Assembly: GCA_023249645.1 (NCBI GenBank)
Contig: JAHFCF010000008.1
Location: forward strand, 7,257 to 71,256
DNA length: 64,000 nt
Origin: Elusimicrobiota bacterium
GTDB taxonomy: Bacteria > Elusimicrobiota > Elusimicrobia > UBA1565 > UBA9628
Direction of reading: 5' to 3'
The notes under the pieces are model-generated. The model ran no database searches. It saw only the letters and a list, made by a program, of their open reading frames with translations, and had not been told where the DNA came from. Shown piece after piece: positions 18,209 to 27,308 of this stretch; the first letter of the stretch is position 1, and every line of letters begins with the position of its first letter. The position numbers and the translations under genes were made by a program.

Positions 18209-18670
18209 CTACTTCTTCGTCGCGTCCTCGATGGCCTCGATGATGGGCGCATAGCCCGTGCACCGGCAGAGATTGCCGGCGATGGCTTCCTGGATCTCCC
18301 CGCGGTTGGGCTTGGGATTCTTCTGAAGAAGTTCGGTGGCGGATAAAACCATCCCCGGCGCGCAGAATCCGCATTGAAAGGAGCTGTGCGCCACGAAGCT
18401 CTTCTGCAGCTTGGTCGGGCCGTGCTTGGAGATGCCCTCCAAGGTCACGATCTCGGCGCCGTCCGCCTCGATGGCCAGGACCAGGCAGCTGCGCACCGTG
18501 CGGCCGTTCAAAAAGACCGTGCAGGTGCCGCAGTCGCCCCGGTCGCAGCCTATCTTGGGGCTCTTGACCCCGAGCTTCTCGCGCAGCACGTCCACCAGCA
18601 CGTCATTGGGCTCGATTTCGACCTGTCGCTTGACGCCATTGAGCATGAGCTGGATGGGGGTCTTCTTCAT
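18209..18670 (-). CDS. Xanthine dehydrogenase family (2Fe-2S) subunit
   Basis: GCDRGDCGTCTV, QCGFCAPG, GNLCRCTGY. Confidence 0.95.
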   Translation of the reverse strand: MKKTPIQLMLNGVKRQVEIEPNDVLVDVLREKLGVKSPKIGCDRGDCGTCTVFLNGRTVRSCLVLAIEADGAEIVTLEGISKHGPTKLQKSFVAHSSFQCGFCAPGMVLSATELLQKNPKPNRGEIQEAIAGNLCRCTGYAPIIEAIEDATKK

Positions 18671-19557
18671 AGGAGGCTTTCTCCCAGGGCAGGCCCTTTC
18701 CCTAAGAGCCGTGCCGCCGCAGCTTTGAGACCGCGCTCCAGCATGACCTCGGCCATGAGCTGGCGGTACTCCAGGCTGGAGCGGATGTCCGTGATGGGCG
18801 AGATCTCCTGGGACACGAGCTTGCGGGCCTTGCGGATGAGATCATCCGAGAGCTTCTTGCCTTGCAGGAGGGATTCGATCTTCGCGGCCCTCTTGGGGAT
18901 CGGTCCCACGGCGCAGAAAGCCACCCTATATATATTCTCTTCCTCTATAAGGACCGCCAGGCCGACCTGGGCTAAGTCCTCGCCCGAGTAGCGGCCCAGC
19001 TTCACATAAACCCCGGCAGTCTTCTTTTTTGGAACGGGGATGACCACGCCAGTCACGATCTCGTCAGTCAAAAGCGCGGTGCGCTTGGGGCCGGTGAACC
19101 ATTTGGAGATGGGGATCTCGCGCTGTTCGGCCGATCCGCGCGCGCACACGCGGGCATCATGGACCAGCAGGGCCGGCGCGCCGTCCAGGGAAGGCACGGC
19201 TGAGCAGAGATTACCGATGAGGGTGGCGCGATTGCGCACCCCGCAGGAGGCCACAGTCCTGGAGGCCTCCCAAAGAATGGGGAAGCGCTTCTTGACTAGG
19301 TCGGACTCGATGAGTTCGGCAAAGGTCGTTCTGGCTCCGATGTGGAGGGCGTCGTCCTTGATCTCCAGGCGCTTAAGCTCGCCGATGGCCTTGATGTCGA
19401 TGAGCGCTTCCGGGGATCTCATGCCTTCCTTGAGCCACACGATCAGGTCGGTCCCGCCGGCCAAGACCTGGGCGCGGCCCTTGTAGCGGACGAGGAGCTT
19501 GGTCGCTTCGGCCAGGCTCTTGGGTTTGTGATAATCGAAGTCGCAGGTGATGGGCAT
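18667..19557 (-). CDS. Xanthine dehydrogenase family FAD-binding subunit
   Basis: Start MPITCDFDYHKP; LAGGTDL, RNRATLIGN, PITDIRSSLEYR. Confidence 0.93.
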   Translation of the reverse strand: MPITCDFDYHKPKSLAEATKLLVRYKGRAQVLAGGTDLIVWLKEGMRSPEALIDIKAIGELKRLEIKDDALHIGARTTFAELIESDLVKKRFPILWEASRTVASCGVRNRATLIGNLCSAVPSLDGAPALLVHDARVCARGSAEQREIPISKWFTGPKRTALLTDEIVTGVVIPVPKKKTAGVYVKLGRYSGEDLAQVGLAVLIEEENIYRVAFCAVGPIPKRAAKIESLLQGKKLSDDLIRKARKLVSQEISPITDIRSSLEYRQLMAEVMLERGLKAAAARLLGKGPALGESLL

Positions 19558-19565
19558 GGGGCCTC

Positions 19566-20378
19566 CTACGGCATCCAGGCCACGATGCGGCACATGGAGC
19601 TTTCCAGCTCGATGCCGCGCAGGGGGAAGCACCCGATCCAGGCGCGCTTGTTCGAGAGCTTCTCGATGTCGCCGCCGATGTTCTCGGCGTGCACGATCTC
19701 CTTGGGAAAGAGTTTGATGTGCATGACCTGGTAGTACTCTTCCTGGGGGAACATCTCATCCCAGCCCTTGCCATAGTTGGCTTTGAGCTTCTTCTCCGCT
19801 TCCACGAAGGCCTTGGGATGCCAGCCGCGGATGATGGTGTTCATGGGATGATCGGCACTCCCGCAGTCGACCCCGATCCATTTGAACTTCATGTCCAAGC
19901 ACCACTTGTGGAAGGCCGGTCCCGGCCCCGGGTGCTTGACGAAATAGCGCAGTTCGTCGGACTGCTTCTGGTCCCAGGCGTAGCGATGATAGCCCGTGTT
20001 GATGATGAGGATGTCGCCCTTCTTGATGTCCACCTTGCTCTTGAGGAGGTCGGGCTCGTAGAGGTCGTAATCGCCGAGCTCCTTCGAGAGATCGACGACA
20101 GCGCCGGGGCCCACCCACTCGTTCATGGGAACCTGGCCGATGGAGCGGCCGCTGGCGTGGAAGTGGATCTCGCCGTCCATGTGTGTGCCCACGTGGTTGG
20201 AGGTCGTGATGACCTGGCCGTTGGCTCCCTGGCCCATGTGCGCGCCCGCGATGCGCTTGAAGTACTGCACGGAGAGCGGGATGTAGCTCGGCCACGGCGG
20301 GGTATGCACGCTCAGGCGCTGGGTTAAGTCATACATCTTGACCTTGCCCATCAGATCGAGGAACTGTTCGGTTTTCAT
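19566..20378 (-). CDS. Cyclase-family (kynurenine formamidase-like) metal hydrolase
   Basis: HVGTHMD motif, GDILIINTG, GVDCGSADH, ENIGG. Confidence 0.88.
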   Translation of the reverse strand: MKTEQFLDLMGKVKMYDLTQRLSVHTPPWPSYIPLSVQYFKRIAGAHMGQGANGQVITTSNHVGTHMDGEIHFHASGRSIGQVPMNEWVGPGAVVDLSKELGDYDLYEPDLLKSKVDIKKGDILIINTGYHRYAWDQKQSDELRYFVKHPGPGPAFHKWCLDMKFKWIGVDCGSADHPMNTIIRGWHPKAFVEAEKKLKANYGKGWDEMFPQEEYYQVMHIKLFPKEIVHAENIGGDIEKLSNKRAWIGCFPLRGIELESSMCRIVAWMP

Positions 20379-21787
20379 GACTTGCCTCCGAGTTTTTTTG
20401 CCAAGCCGACGACGGCCTTCTGGAACGGCTCTGCGGGCGCGCTCAAGATGCCCGCGCCCACCTGTCCGATGCCAGGCTCTTTATGGGCCACGCCTGTGTC
20501 GATGAGGGGGAAGATGCCTTTTTCCACGACTTTTCTGGCGTCGATGCCTGTGGGACTGCCCCTGAAATCCAAAGCCGGGATCTGGTAGGCGGTGTTCTCC
20601 GCGATCGTGATCTCGTACATCTGCCGCGTGTAGTCAAGCGAGTCCGAGGCGCTGCCTCCCACGAACTGGACGATGGCCGGCGAGGCCGCAATCGAGAAGC
20701 CGCCCAGACCGTTGGTCTCCGTTATGGCGGAATCCCCGATGTCCGGGTTGGCATCCGCCTTGGTGAAGCCCGGGAAGTAGAGCGCGTCGGGCACTGGAGC
20801 CGGACCAGTGAACCATTCAGAACCAGTTCCCGAGAGTTGTATGCCGAAGTCGGTGCCGTTGCGAGCCATGACCGTGACGAACGAGCTCCCTTTGATATCG
20901 CGCGCCGCATCTAATGAGACTTTGCTCGCTGGCATGGAGAGATTGAGGAAGAAATGGTCGTTGCCATTGATGAATTCGAGCACCTGTGCCGCTGTCTCCG
21001 GGTCCGGGGCTGTGCGGACGATGGCCGGCGCGATGGCACGATAGAAAAGCGAGGTGGCCGCGCGGTTGCGGTTGTGCACCTCGTCTCCCATGTGCAGAGC
21101 CTGGGCGATGATGTTTTTTAAGTCGATCTTGCCGATCTTGGCCACGGCTTTCTTGAGCGTGGGATAAAGAACAACTTCCATCCATTTAAGCTTTTGAATG
21201 ACCGTTGGGCCATAAGCGCCGTAGCGCAGGACCTTGCCCAGACCCTCGTTCATGGTACAGAAGCCGAGATTGCCGTTCTCTTCGTTCTTGAGGACAAAGA
21301 CAGGCATGGAAGCGGAGATGATGCCTGCCATGGGACCCACGGCTGAGTGTTCGTGGCAGGGAGAAAAATCGATCTTTCCTGAAGCGGCCAGCTTGGAGGC
21401 ATCTTTGGGAGTCTTGGCCAGTCCTTCATACATCAGTGCCGCCATGATGCCGCCGCGCATGGGACCGCACATCCGATCCCAGGCGATGGGAGGCCCGGCG
21501 TGGAGGATGAGGTTCTTCTTCATCCCCGGGATGACGTCGAGAGCCTTGTCCAGGCCGATCAAGACCGGCTTGGCGGCCAAGACCTTGGCCGCGGCTTTGG
21601 CATTGGCCTTGTTTATTTCTTCGGATTTGGCTTGAAGGATCTTGCGGGAGGCTTCATCGATGGCCAGCGGCGGCCGCCAGTCCACATGCACGGACTTGGT
21701 CCCGCATTGCTCAAGACTCTTCTGGAAAGACTCAAGGCCCAGATTGACGACCTTGAGCTCGCTTTGAAACAGGTCCTTCACGCTCAC
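20375..21787 (-). CDS. DUF1116 (YlbE/YahG family) protein
   Basis: LHAGPP, PCHEHSAVGPMAG, NEGLGKVLRYGA, MGDEVHNRN, NDHFFLN, DIGDSAITE, GQVGAG. Confidence 0.9.
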   Translation of the reverse strand: MSVKDLFQSELKVVNLGLESFQKSLEQCGTKSVHVDWRPPLAIDEASRKILQAKSEEINKANAKAAAKVLAAKPVLIGLDKALDVIPGMKKNLILHAGPPIAWDRMCGPMRGGIMAALMYEGLAKTPKDASKLAASGKIDFSPCHEHSAVGPMAGIISASMPVFVLKNEENGNLGFCTMNEGLGKVLRYGAYGPTVIQKLKWMEVVLYPTLKKAVAKIGKIDLKNIIAQALHMGDEVHNRNRAATSLFYRAIAPAIVRTAPDPETAAQVLEFINGNDHFFLNLSMPASKVSLDAARDIKGSSFVTVMARNGTDFGIQLSGTGSEWFTGPAPVPDALYFPGFTKADANPDIGDSAITETNGLGGFSIAASPAIVQFVGGSASDSLDYTRQMYEITIAENTAYQIPALDFRGSPTGIDARKVVEKGIFPLIDTGVAHKEPGIGQVGAGILSAPAEPFQKAVVGLAKKLGGKS

Positions 21788-21807
21788 AGGGGAGATTATA
21801 ACAAATG

Positions 21808-21833
21808 GGGTCAGGCATTGACTTTTGACTGAG
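21808..21833. repeat. Single arm of the REP-like element at 1096-1144
   Basis: GGGTCAGGCATTGACTTTTGACTGAG is identical to the reverse complement of 1118-1143. Confidence 0.85.
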
Positions 21834-21921
21834 CGGAAACTTTTTTGCCTCTCACTCGTATGGTATGTATGGAAAATCTAGAGATACTGGATAAATAGTA
21901 TAATAATAGTAGGAGAAAAGT

Positions 21922-22176
21922 ATGAATAATGCGATCAAGACCGCCATCAGCCTTCCCGCCGGTGTTTTCCGCCAGGCCGAGGTTCTGCGCCATCAAGCGG
22001 GGCTGTCCCGCAGTGCGCTTTACACCGAGGCGCTCAAGGCGTATTTCGAGTTTCAGCTCGTCCGCGAGAAAGAGGCGCGCTACGGCGCCGGCTATGAGGG
22101 GAAACCAGAAGACTTAAGCGTCATCTCCGCGGCAACGGCTGCGGGGGCCGCGAGCCTCAAGAAGGAGGATTGGTAA
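21922..22176 (+). CDS. Ribbon-helix-helix antitoxin
   Basis: KTAISLP...GLSRSALYTEAL RHH signature; abuts a PemK gene. Confidence 0.8.
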   Translation: MNNAIKTAISLPAGVFRQAEVLRHQAGLSRSALYTEALKAYFEFQLVREKEARYGAGYEGKPEDLSVISAATAAGAASLKKEDW

Positions 22177-22488
22177 ATGCGTCGCGGAGAGGTCTGGTGG
22201 GCGCAGCTTCCGGCGCCGGCCGGGAGGCGGCCGGTGCTGCTCCTGTCTCGCGACAAAGCGATTTTGGTGCGCCAGTCCGTCACCGTGGCGCAGGTTACCC
22301 GGACGGTTCGTGAAATACCCACGGAGGTCCGTCTGGGGCGGGAGGAGGGCATGCCCAAGGCCTGCGTGGTCAACACGGATGTGATTTTCACCATTCCAAA
22401 GGCCCTGCTTTTGAACCGTATCTGCCGGCTATCGGTGGGACGACTCGACGAGGTCGGCGAGGCGATTAAGTTCGCTTTAGACCTTTAA
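22177..22488 (+). CDS. PemK/MazF-family toxin
   Basis: MRRGEVWWA, RRPVLLLS, VTRTVREIPTEV, IKFALDL. Confidence 0.9.
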   Translation: MRRGEVWWAQLPAPAGRRPVLLLSRDKAILVRQSVTVAQVTRTVREIPTEVRLGREEGMPKACVVNTDVIFTIPKALLLNRICRLSVGRLDEVGEAIKFALDL

Positions 22489-24031
22489 CAACGCAGGTCG
22501 CGAATTTGGCCGCGGCCGCGTTCGTGGGCAGGACTAATGCACCTGCGGCCTTTAAAGTCTCTGCGACCTTGCTCCGCACCTGAGGGTCTTCTTCTGTTCC
22601 CGTCACGGAGCAGACGAAGATGAGATGCCGACCGGCTGCCTTGGCCGTTTTTTTGGCCGCGGTAATGGTCGGGCCGAGTTCACCAGCAGGATCGAGGTTC
22701 GAACCATAGCCCAGCACGACATCGAGAAGAATGACCGCTGTCTCAGGATCAGTGGCTTCATCCTGGATGCGGCGGTTGCGCAAAGAGAAATCGATCATGG
22801 GGTGGGGCCGGCCTACGGTGAAGGCGTCCTCGCCGAGATCCACGACCGTGTGGCCCTCGCTTTTCCAGGCATCCGCCAGAGTCTTGAAAGGCGAAAGCGG
22901 TGCGTTGGAATGAACCTCGGACAGCATTCCCCGGAAGATGGACTGGGCTTCGCCGCAGAAAGTCCCGCCGCTGAAAAGTCCACGGATGAATCTCTGACTT
23001 TTCTGGAGTTTCGAGGATTCTGTGGCCGCAAGCTCCGAGAGCTCCTTGTCACGATTCTGGATTTTTTGTCTTGCTGCTTCCGGACTCTTTTCCTGAGCGA
23101 GAGCTACGGCCACGAGAGCCGCTTCCTCCAAGGTCGAGGCCACTGTCATGTCCCGGATTGTTTCGGGGTCAGCTCCGAGGAACATGGCCACGATGGGTTT
23201 GGAGATTCCCTGGACGGCAGCGGAGAGTTTTTTCAAGACTTCCGCATGCGGGGGCTTGGAGATCAGCACAATGACTTTGGTGGATTCATCATCGGCCAGG
23301 GCTTTTAAACCCTCCAAGAACATGATGCCGCCGACCTCTTTTTTGACGTCGCGTCCGCCCGTGCCGATGGCCTGCGAAATGCCGGCTCCCTCGTTCGAGA
23401 TGATCGAGCTCACTTCCTGAAGGCCCGTGCCTGCCGCTGCCACGATGCCGATGGAGCCGCGGTTGACCACATTGGCGAAGGCGAGAGGCACGCCGTTGAT
23501 GATGGCCGTGCCGCAATCAGGTCCCATGACCAAGAGACCGCGGCTCTGAGCAAAGCGCTTGAGTTCGATCTCGGTCTCCAAGGACACATTGTCTGAAAAA
23601 AGCATGACATGAAGACCCTGGCGCAAAGCGTTCATCGCCGCTTCGCCCGCGTATTTGCCTGCGACCGAGATGACGGCCATGTTGGCTTGCGGCAGGACCT
23701 TGAGCGCGCCCTCGAGGCTTTTGGGGGAAGAGACGCCTTGGGTCTTGCCATTTTTGCGGATGTTTTTAAGAAGGGTTTCGACTTCGGACAAGGCCGTGAC
23801 CGCTGATTTCTCATCAGCGCTTTTGACAGCGATGAGCAGGTCCGCGTCCCCTGATTTGGCGAACTCAGGGCAGAGGAGGCCGGAGGATTTGAGGATGGAC
23901 CGGTTCTCCGGCGTTCCCATGACCACAGCCGCGTCAGAGACGCCGGGCCTGGCGGAGAGTTCGCGGCCGGCGATCATGAGAGTCACGGAGTCGAAATATT
24001 CGCCTGTCTTGACCAGGCCTTTTATAAACAT
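22466..24031 (-). CDS. fdrA: Acyl-CoA synthetase-like protein FdrA (YahF family)
   Basis: YFDSVTLM, FSDNV, MGPDCGT, GTGGRD, GLFSGGT, TVGRPHPMID, DVVLGYG. Confidence 0.92.
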   Translation of the reverse strand: MFIKGLVKTGEYFDSVTLMIAGRELSARPGVSDAAVVMGTPENRSILKSSGLLCPEFAKSGDADLLIAVKSADEKSAVTALSEVETLLKNIRKNGKTQGVSSPKSLEGALKVLPQANMAVISVAGKYAGEAAMNALRQGLHVMLFSDNVSLETEIELKRFAQSRGLLVMGPDCGTAIINGVPLAFANVVNRGSIGIVAAAGTGLQEVSSIISNEGAGISQAIGTGGRDVKKEVGGIMFLEGLKALADDESTKVIVLISKPPHAEVLKKLSAAVQGISKPIVAMFLGADPETIRDMTVASTLEEAALVAVALAQEKSPEAARQKIQNRDKELSELAATESSKLQKSQRFIRGLFSGGTFCGEAQSIFRGMLSEVHSNAPLSPFKTLADAWKSEGHTVVDLGEDAFTVGRPHPMIDFSLRNRRIQDEATDPETAVILLDVVLGYGSNLDPAGELGPTITAAKKTAKAAGRHLIFVCSVTGTEEDPQVRSKVAETLKAAGALVLPTNAAAAKFATCVVKGLKRT

Positions 24032-24843
24032 AGGACTTGCTCCTCTTTTTTGAGGGACATGAGAAATCCCACGGCTGTGTCCGCGCCTGAAGTCTCTCCT
24101 GATGCCAAGAGCTGAGTGATGGCGAGGTCAAGCTGGGCATTGTCTCCCCGCATGAGTGCCTTGAGGAGATTTTGCAGGGGTTCGAAACAGCGTCCTTCTC
24201 GAGCGCAGCGCAGGAAGGCTGCTGAAAGGGGATTGCTGCTTTTTGCTGAACTGAAGATCCTTTCGATCTCGGCGGAAAGATCCGTGTTGAAGAATTTTTG
24301 AGCGGCGTGAAGCCCCCAGAGCCAGCCGGCCAGGAAATCATCGCCGCTGGGCGTGAGGCCGAAGCCTGACCCGCGCAGGACCGACGCACCGGCTTCCAGA
24401 TTCCCGCGTCGGAGCTCCCGAAGGCCGTTGCTTATCCTGGCTGCGAATGCCTGATCAAACGCAGATGAAAAGTTGTTGCGCGGGGCGATCAGGAAGGACA
24501 GGCTCTTCGGGTGCGTGTTTTTGAGTCGTTTCTCCAGCTGGTTCAAGCCGCGCTGCAGGCCGGCAGGGTCGATGCTCCCCGCGGGGAATCCTGAAAGATA
24601 AAGCGGACGCTTCGGCAGGATCGTTTCTCCGCAGGAGAACCAGTCCTTGTCCACGTGCAGACTGAAGGTTTGGGTGAAATCCAGGGCTGAGACCACGATG
24701 TTGATGGGCCCGCCGCCGATCTGCGGGTCGACCAGGCAGATGAGCCGGTCATCTTGGATGAAATTGACGGCCTTGGCAAAACGCGAGTGGACCTGATAGT
24801 CGCCCAGTAAGATGCGGTCTCCAAAGCTGCGGACAACGATCAC
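24022..24843 (-). CDS. DUF2877 (YlbF/YahE family) protein
   Basis: GTG start coupled to the upstream stop; HSRFAKAVN, GFGLTPSGDDFLAG, GETSGAD. Confidence 0.85.
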   Translation of the reverse strand: MIVVRSFGDRILLGDYQVHSRFAKAVNFIQDDRLICLVDPQIGGGPINIVVSALDFTQTFSLHVDKDWFSCGETILPKRPLYLSGFPAGSIDPAGLQRGLNQLEKRLKNTHPKSLSFLIAPRNNFSSAFDQAFAARISNGLRELRRGNLEAGASVLRGSGFGLTPSGDDFLAGWLWGLHAAQKFFNTDLSAEIERIFSSAKSSNPLSAAFLRCAREGRCFEPLQNLLKALMRGDNAQLDLAITQLLASGETSGADTAVGFLMSLKKEEQVLCL

Positions 24844-25172
24844 TTGGCCCTGAAGACCATCCCGTAGTACTTGTTGTACTCGTCCTTGCGCACGACCTGG
24901 ACCGTGGACTCTACCGCCATACCCATCTTGGGCTTGGGGATCTCGACTTGGCCGGTGACGCGCACGCCGTTGGAGAGCTCCACGATGCCCAGGGTCATCT
25001 CCGGCACATCGAAGTCGCCGGGCAAAGTCGAGAGGCGCGTGAAGGTCAGAAGCTTGCCGGCCTTGGGCAATGGCACTGGGACGAATGCATTGTTCTTGCA
25101 CTTGCCGCAGAGGGTCCTGTTGGGGTAGTTGATGTGCCCGCACTTCGAGCATTGATAGCCGTAGATCTCCAT
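24840..25172 (-). CDS. DUF35 Zn-ribbon/OB-fold protein
   Basis: CxxC-10-CxxC, GKLLTFT, GIVEL; directly after a thiolase gene. Confidence 0.9.
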   Translation of the reverse strand: MEIYGYQCSKCGHINYPNRTLCGKCKNNAFVPVPLPKAGKLLTFTRLSTLPGDFDVPEMTLGIVELSNGVRVTGQVEIPKPKMGMAVESTVQVVRKDEYNKYYGMVFRAK

Positions 25173-25173
25173 G

Positions 25174-26349
25174 TTATCCCTCCCGCTGGAAGGCCAGGCA
25201 GACGACGTTGTTGCCGAAGCCTCCGAAATTGCAGGTGAAGCCTCTCTTGGCGCCCTTGACCTGGCGCGCCCCCGCCTCGCCGCGCAGCTGCAGGACGATC
25301 TCGTGGGCCTGGCCCACGCCGGTCGCGCCGACCGGGTGGCCCTTGGCCTTCAAGCCGCCGGATGTGTTGATGGGGATCTGGCCGCCGATCTTGGTCAATC
25401 CCTTTTCCAGGGCCTTGTGCCCCTCGCCCTTCTTGAAGAAGCCGGCTTCCTCGCTTTCGACGATTTCGAGGATGGTGAAAGCGTCGTGGAGTTCGGCCAC
25501 GTCGACCTGCGAGGGTTTGAACCCGGCCATGCCGAAGGCCTGCTGGGCTGCCAGGCGCACGGCTGTGACCTCGGTGGGATCCTTGCGTTCGTGCACCGCG
25601 TGGGTATCGGTCGCCTGGCCGACGCCGGCCAAGCGTACCATGGGTTTCTTGAGCTTCTTGGCGACCTCGCCCGTAGCCAGGATCAGGCAGGCCCCGCCGT
25701 CAGAGACCGGGCAGCAGTCGTAGAAGCGCAAGGGATCGGCCACCATGGGATTGTTGGTTCCCGCGTCCGGGCCGTCTTCGATGCCGTCCATGGTGATGAG
25801 TTCGTGCAGATGCGCGAAGGGGTTGAGCATGGCGTTGGCGTGCGCCTTGACCGCCACCATGGAGAGGTGGCGCGAGGTGACGCCGTACTTGTCCATGTAG
25901 AGGCGGGTGAACATGCCGGCCAAGGACGGCAGGGTCACGCCGTAGATATACTCGGCCAAGGGATGGGTCAAAGTCGCGACGAAGTCCGTGGTCTCCAGGC
26001 TGTTGGCCGCGCGCATGCGCTCCGCGCCGGTCACGAGGACTGTGTCATGCAGTCCCGAGGCCACGGCCATGTAGCCTTGTTTGATGGCTGAGGCGCCGGA
26101 GGCCGGGCCGTTCTCGATGGCTTCGGCTCCAGCGGGGGTGAGTGCCAGATGGTCCACGACTGCCGAGGCCAGGCCCGTCTGCTTGTTCAATCGTCCAGCG
26201 CCCATGTTGGCGACGTAGACATGATCGACGGAGCTTAAGCCCGCATCTTTCAAGGCCATCATGGCCGGATAGCCCGCGATCTCAACCAAGGGGTATTCGA
26301 GGCGGGAGAAGGAGGTGATGCCGATGCCGACGACGTAGACCTCGCGCAT
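25174..26349 (-). CDS. SCP2/archaeal-type thiolase-family protein lacking the canonical nucleophilic Cys
   Basis: ENGPASG (canonical ENACASG), DCCPVSDG, ELHDAF, NTSGGLKAKGHPVGATG. Confidence 0.88.
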   Translation of the reverse strand: MREVYVVGIGITSFSRLEYPLVEIAGYPAMMALKDAGLSSVDHVYVANMGAGRLNKQTGLASAVVDHLALTPAGAEAIENGPASGASAIKQGYMAVASGLHDTVLVTGAERMRAANSLETTDFVATLTHPLAEYIYGVTLPSLAGMFTRLYMDKYGVTSRHLSMVAVKAHANAMLNPFAHLHELITMDGIEDGPDAGTNNPMVADPLRFYDCCPVSDGGACLILATGEVAKKLKKPMVRLAGVGQATDTHAVHERKDPTEVTAVRLAAQQAFGMAGFKPSQVDVAELHDAFTILEIVESEEAGFFKKGEGHKALEKGLTKIGGQIPINTSGGLKAKGHPVGATGVGQAHEIVLQLRGEAGARQVKGAKRGFTCNFGGFGNNVVCLAFQREG

Positions 26350-26351
26350 GG

Positions 26352-27140
26352 CTATCTCCTTGCCGCGGCCTTCTTCGGCTTGGCCACGGCCTTCGGCTGG
26401 CCGCCGAGGACCTGTCTTTGCAGAAGGAGCGCCGAGCCCGTGTTGTCGGACTGCGAGCGGGTCGCGGCCATCAAGTCCATGGGCGGCTTGGGCGGGTCCG
26501 AGGGGGGCATGATCTTGGCCTTGGCTTTGGCGAGGAGATTGGCGGGCACGGGCCTGTGGCCGGTCAAGAGCGTCGGGCGCACTCTCTCGAAGATCTCGCG
26601 GGTCAGGGCGAAGGAGGGAACGCCGCCCAACTCGTGAGGCGTCTCAAAGCGCTTCTCGAGCTTGTACTCGATCATCCAACGCCTGAAGCCGATGGGCGAC
26701 TCGGCCACGATCAAGACTTCCTTCTGCTTCAAGTAGTCGAAGTGGTACTCCATCTTGGCTGCGAAGGCATGCGCGCCCACGCGCAGGCCACGGCGCAAGG
26801 AGAGGGTGTGCAGCGAGACGCCGACCTCGGGATTGAAGCGCCGACCGTTGACCACCGCGCAGAGCTCGCCGTCGAGCTGGGCCACGAGCACGTATTCGTC
26901 CTGCACGCGGTAGCGGTAGTAGCCTAGAAGCTCTGCGTACACGCGGGCTGCCACGATGTCGTAAAAATCGCGTTCCACGTGGATCAAAGGCTCGACGTGG
27001 GGCAGGATGTCTGGGATCTCGTCGCGGTCCACCTGCCGGATCACCAGGGTCTCGCCGCCGGCCAGGGTCATGTATTTTGGGGGGAAGATGGGTGCTGGGT
27101 TGTCCACGGGACGAAGGATCTTTTCAAGGTCTGTGCTCAT
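26352..27140 (-). CDS. Putative GNAT-fold protein
   Basis: First gene of the cluster; beta/alpha pattern with RRGLRVG resembling the acetyl-CoA-binding motif A. Fold is inferred. Confidence 0.5.
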   Translation of the reverse strand: MSTDLEKILRPVDNPAPIFPPKYMTLAGGETLVIRQVDRDEIPDILPHVEPLIHVERDFYDIVAARVYAELLGYYRYRVQDEYVLVAQLDGELCAVVNGRRFNPEVGVSLHTLSLRRGLRVGAHAFAAKMEYHFDYLKQKEVLIVAESPIGFRRWMIEYKLEKRFETPHELGGVPSFALTREIFERVRPTLLTGHRPVPANLLAKAKAKIMPPSDPPKPPMDLMAATRSQSDNTGSALLLQRQVLGGQPKAVAKPKKAAARR

Positions 27141-27308
27141 GGGGCCTCCGGGTTGGACGTTAGCTTGGCTGACAAGAAGATTTTACCACGATGCCGGGAT
27201 TTTGTCACATGATTTTTTTCTAGGTCCAAATTGGGCCTTGACAAGATCGGCTGGGGGGGGGTAGACTATCGCTACTTGATGCCCATCTGTTAAGAGAGGT
27301 GAAGGCCG

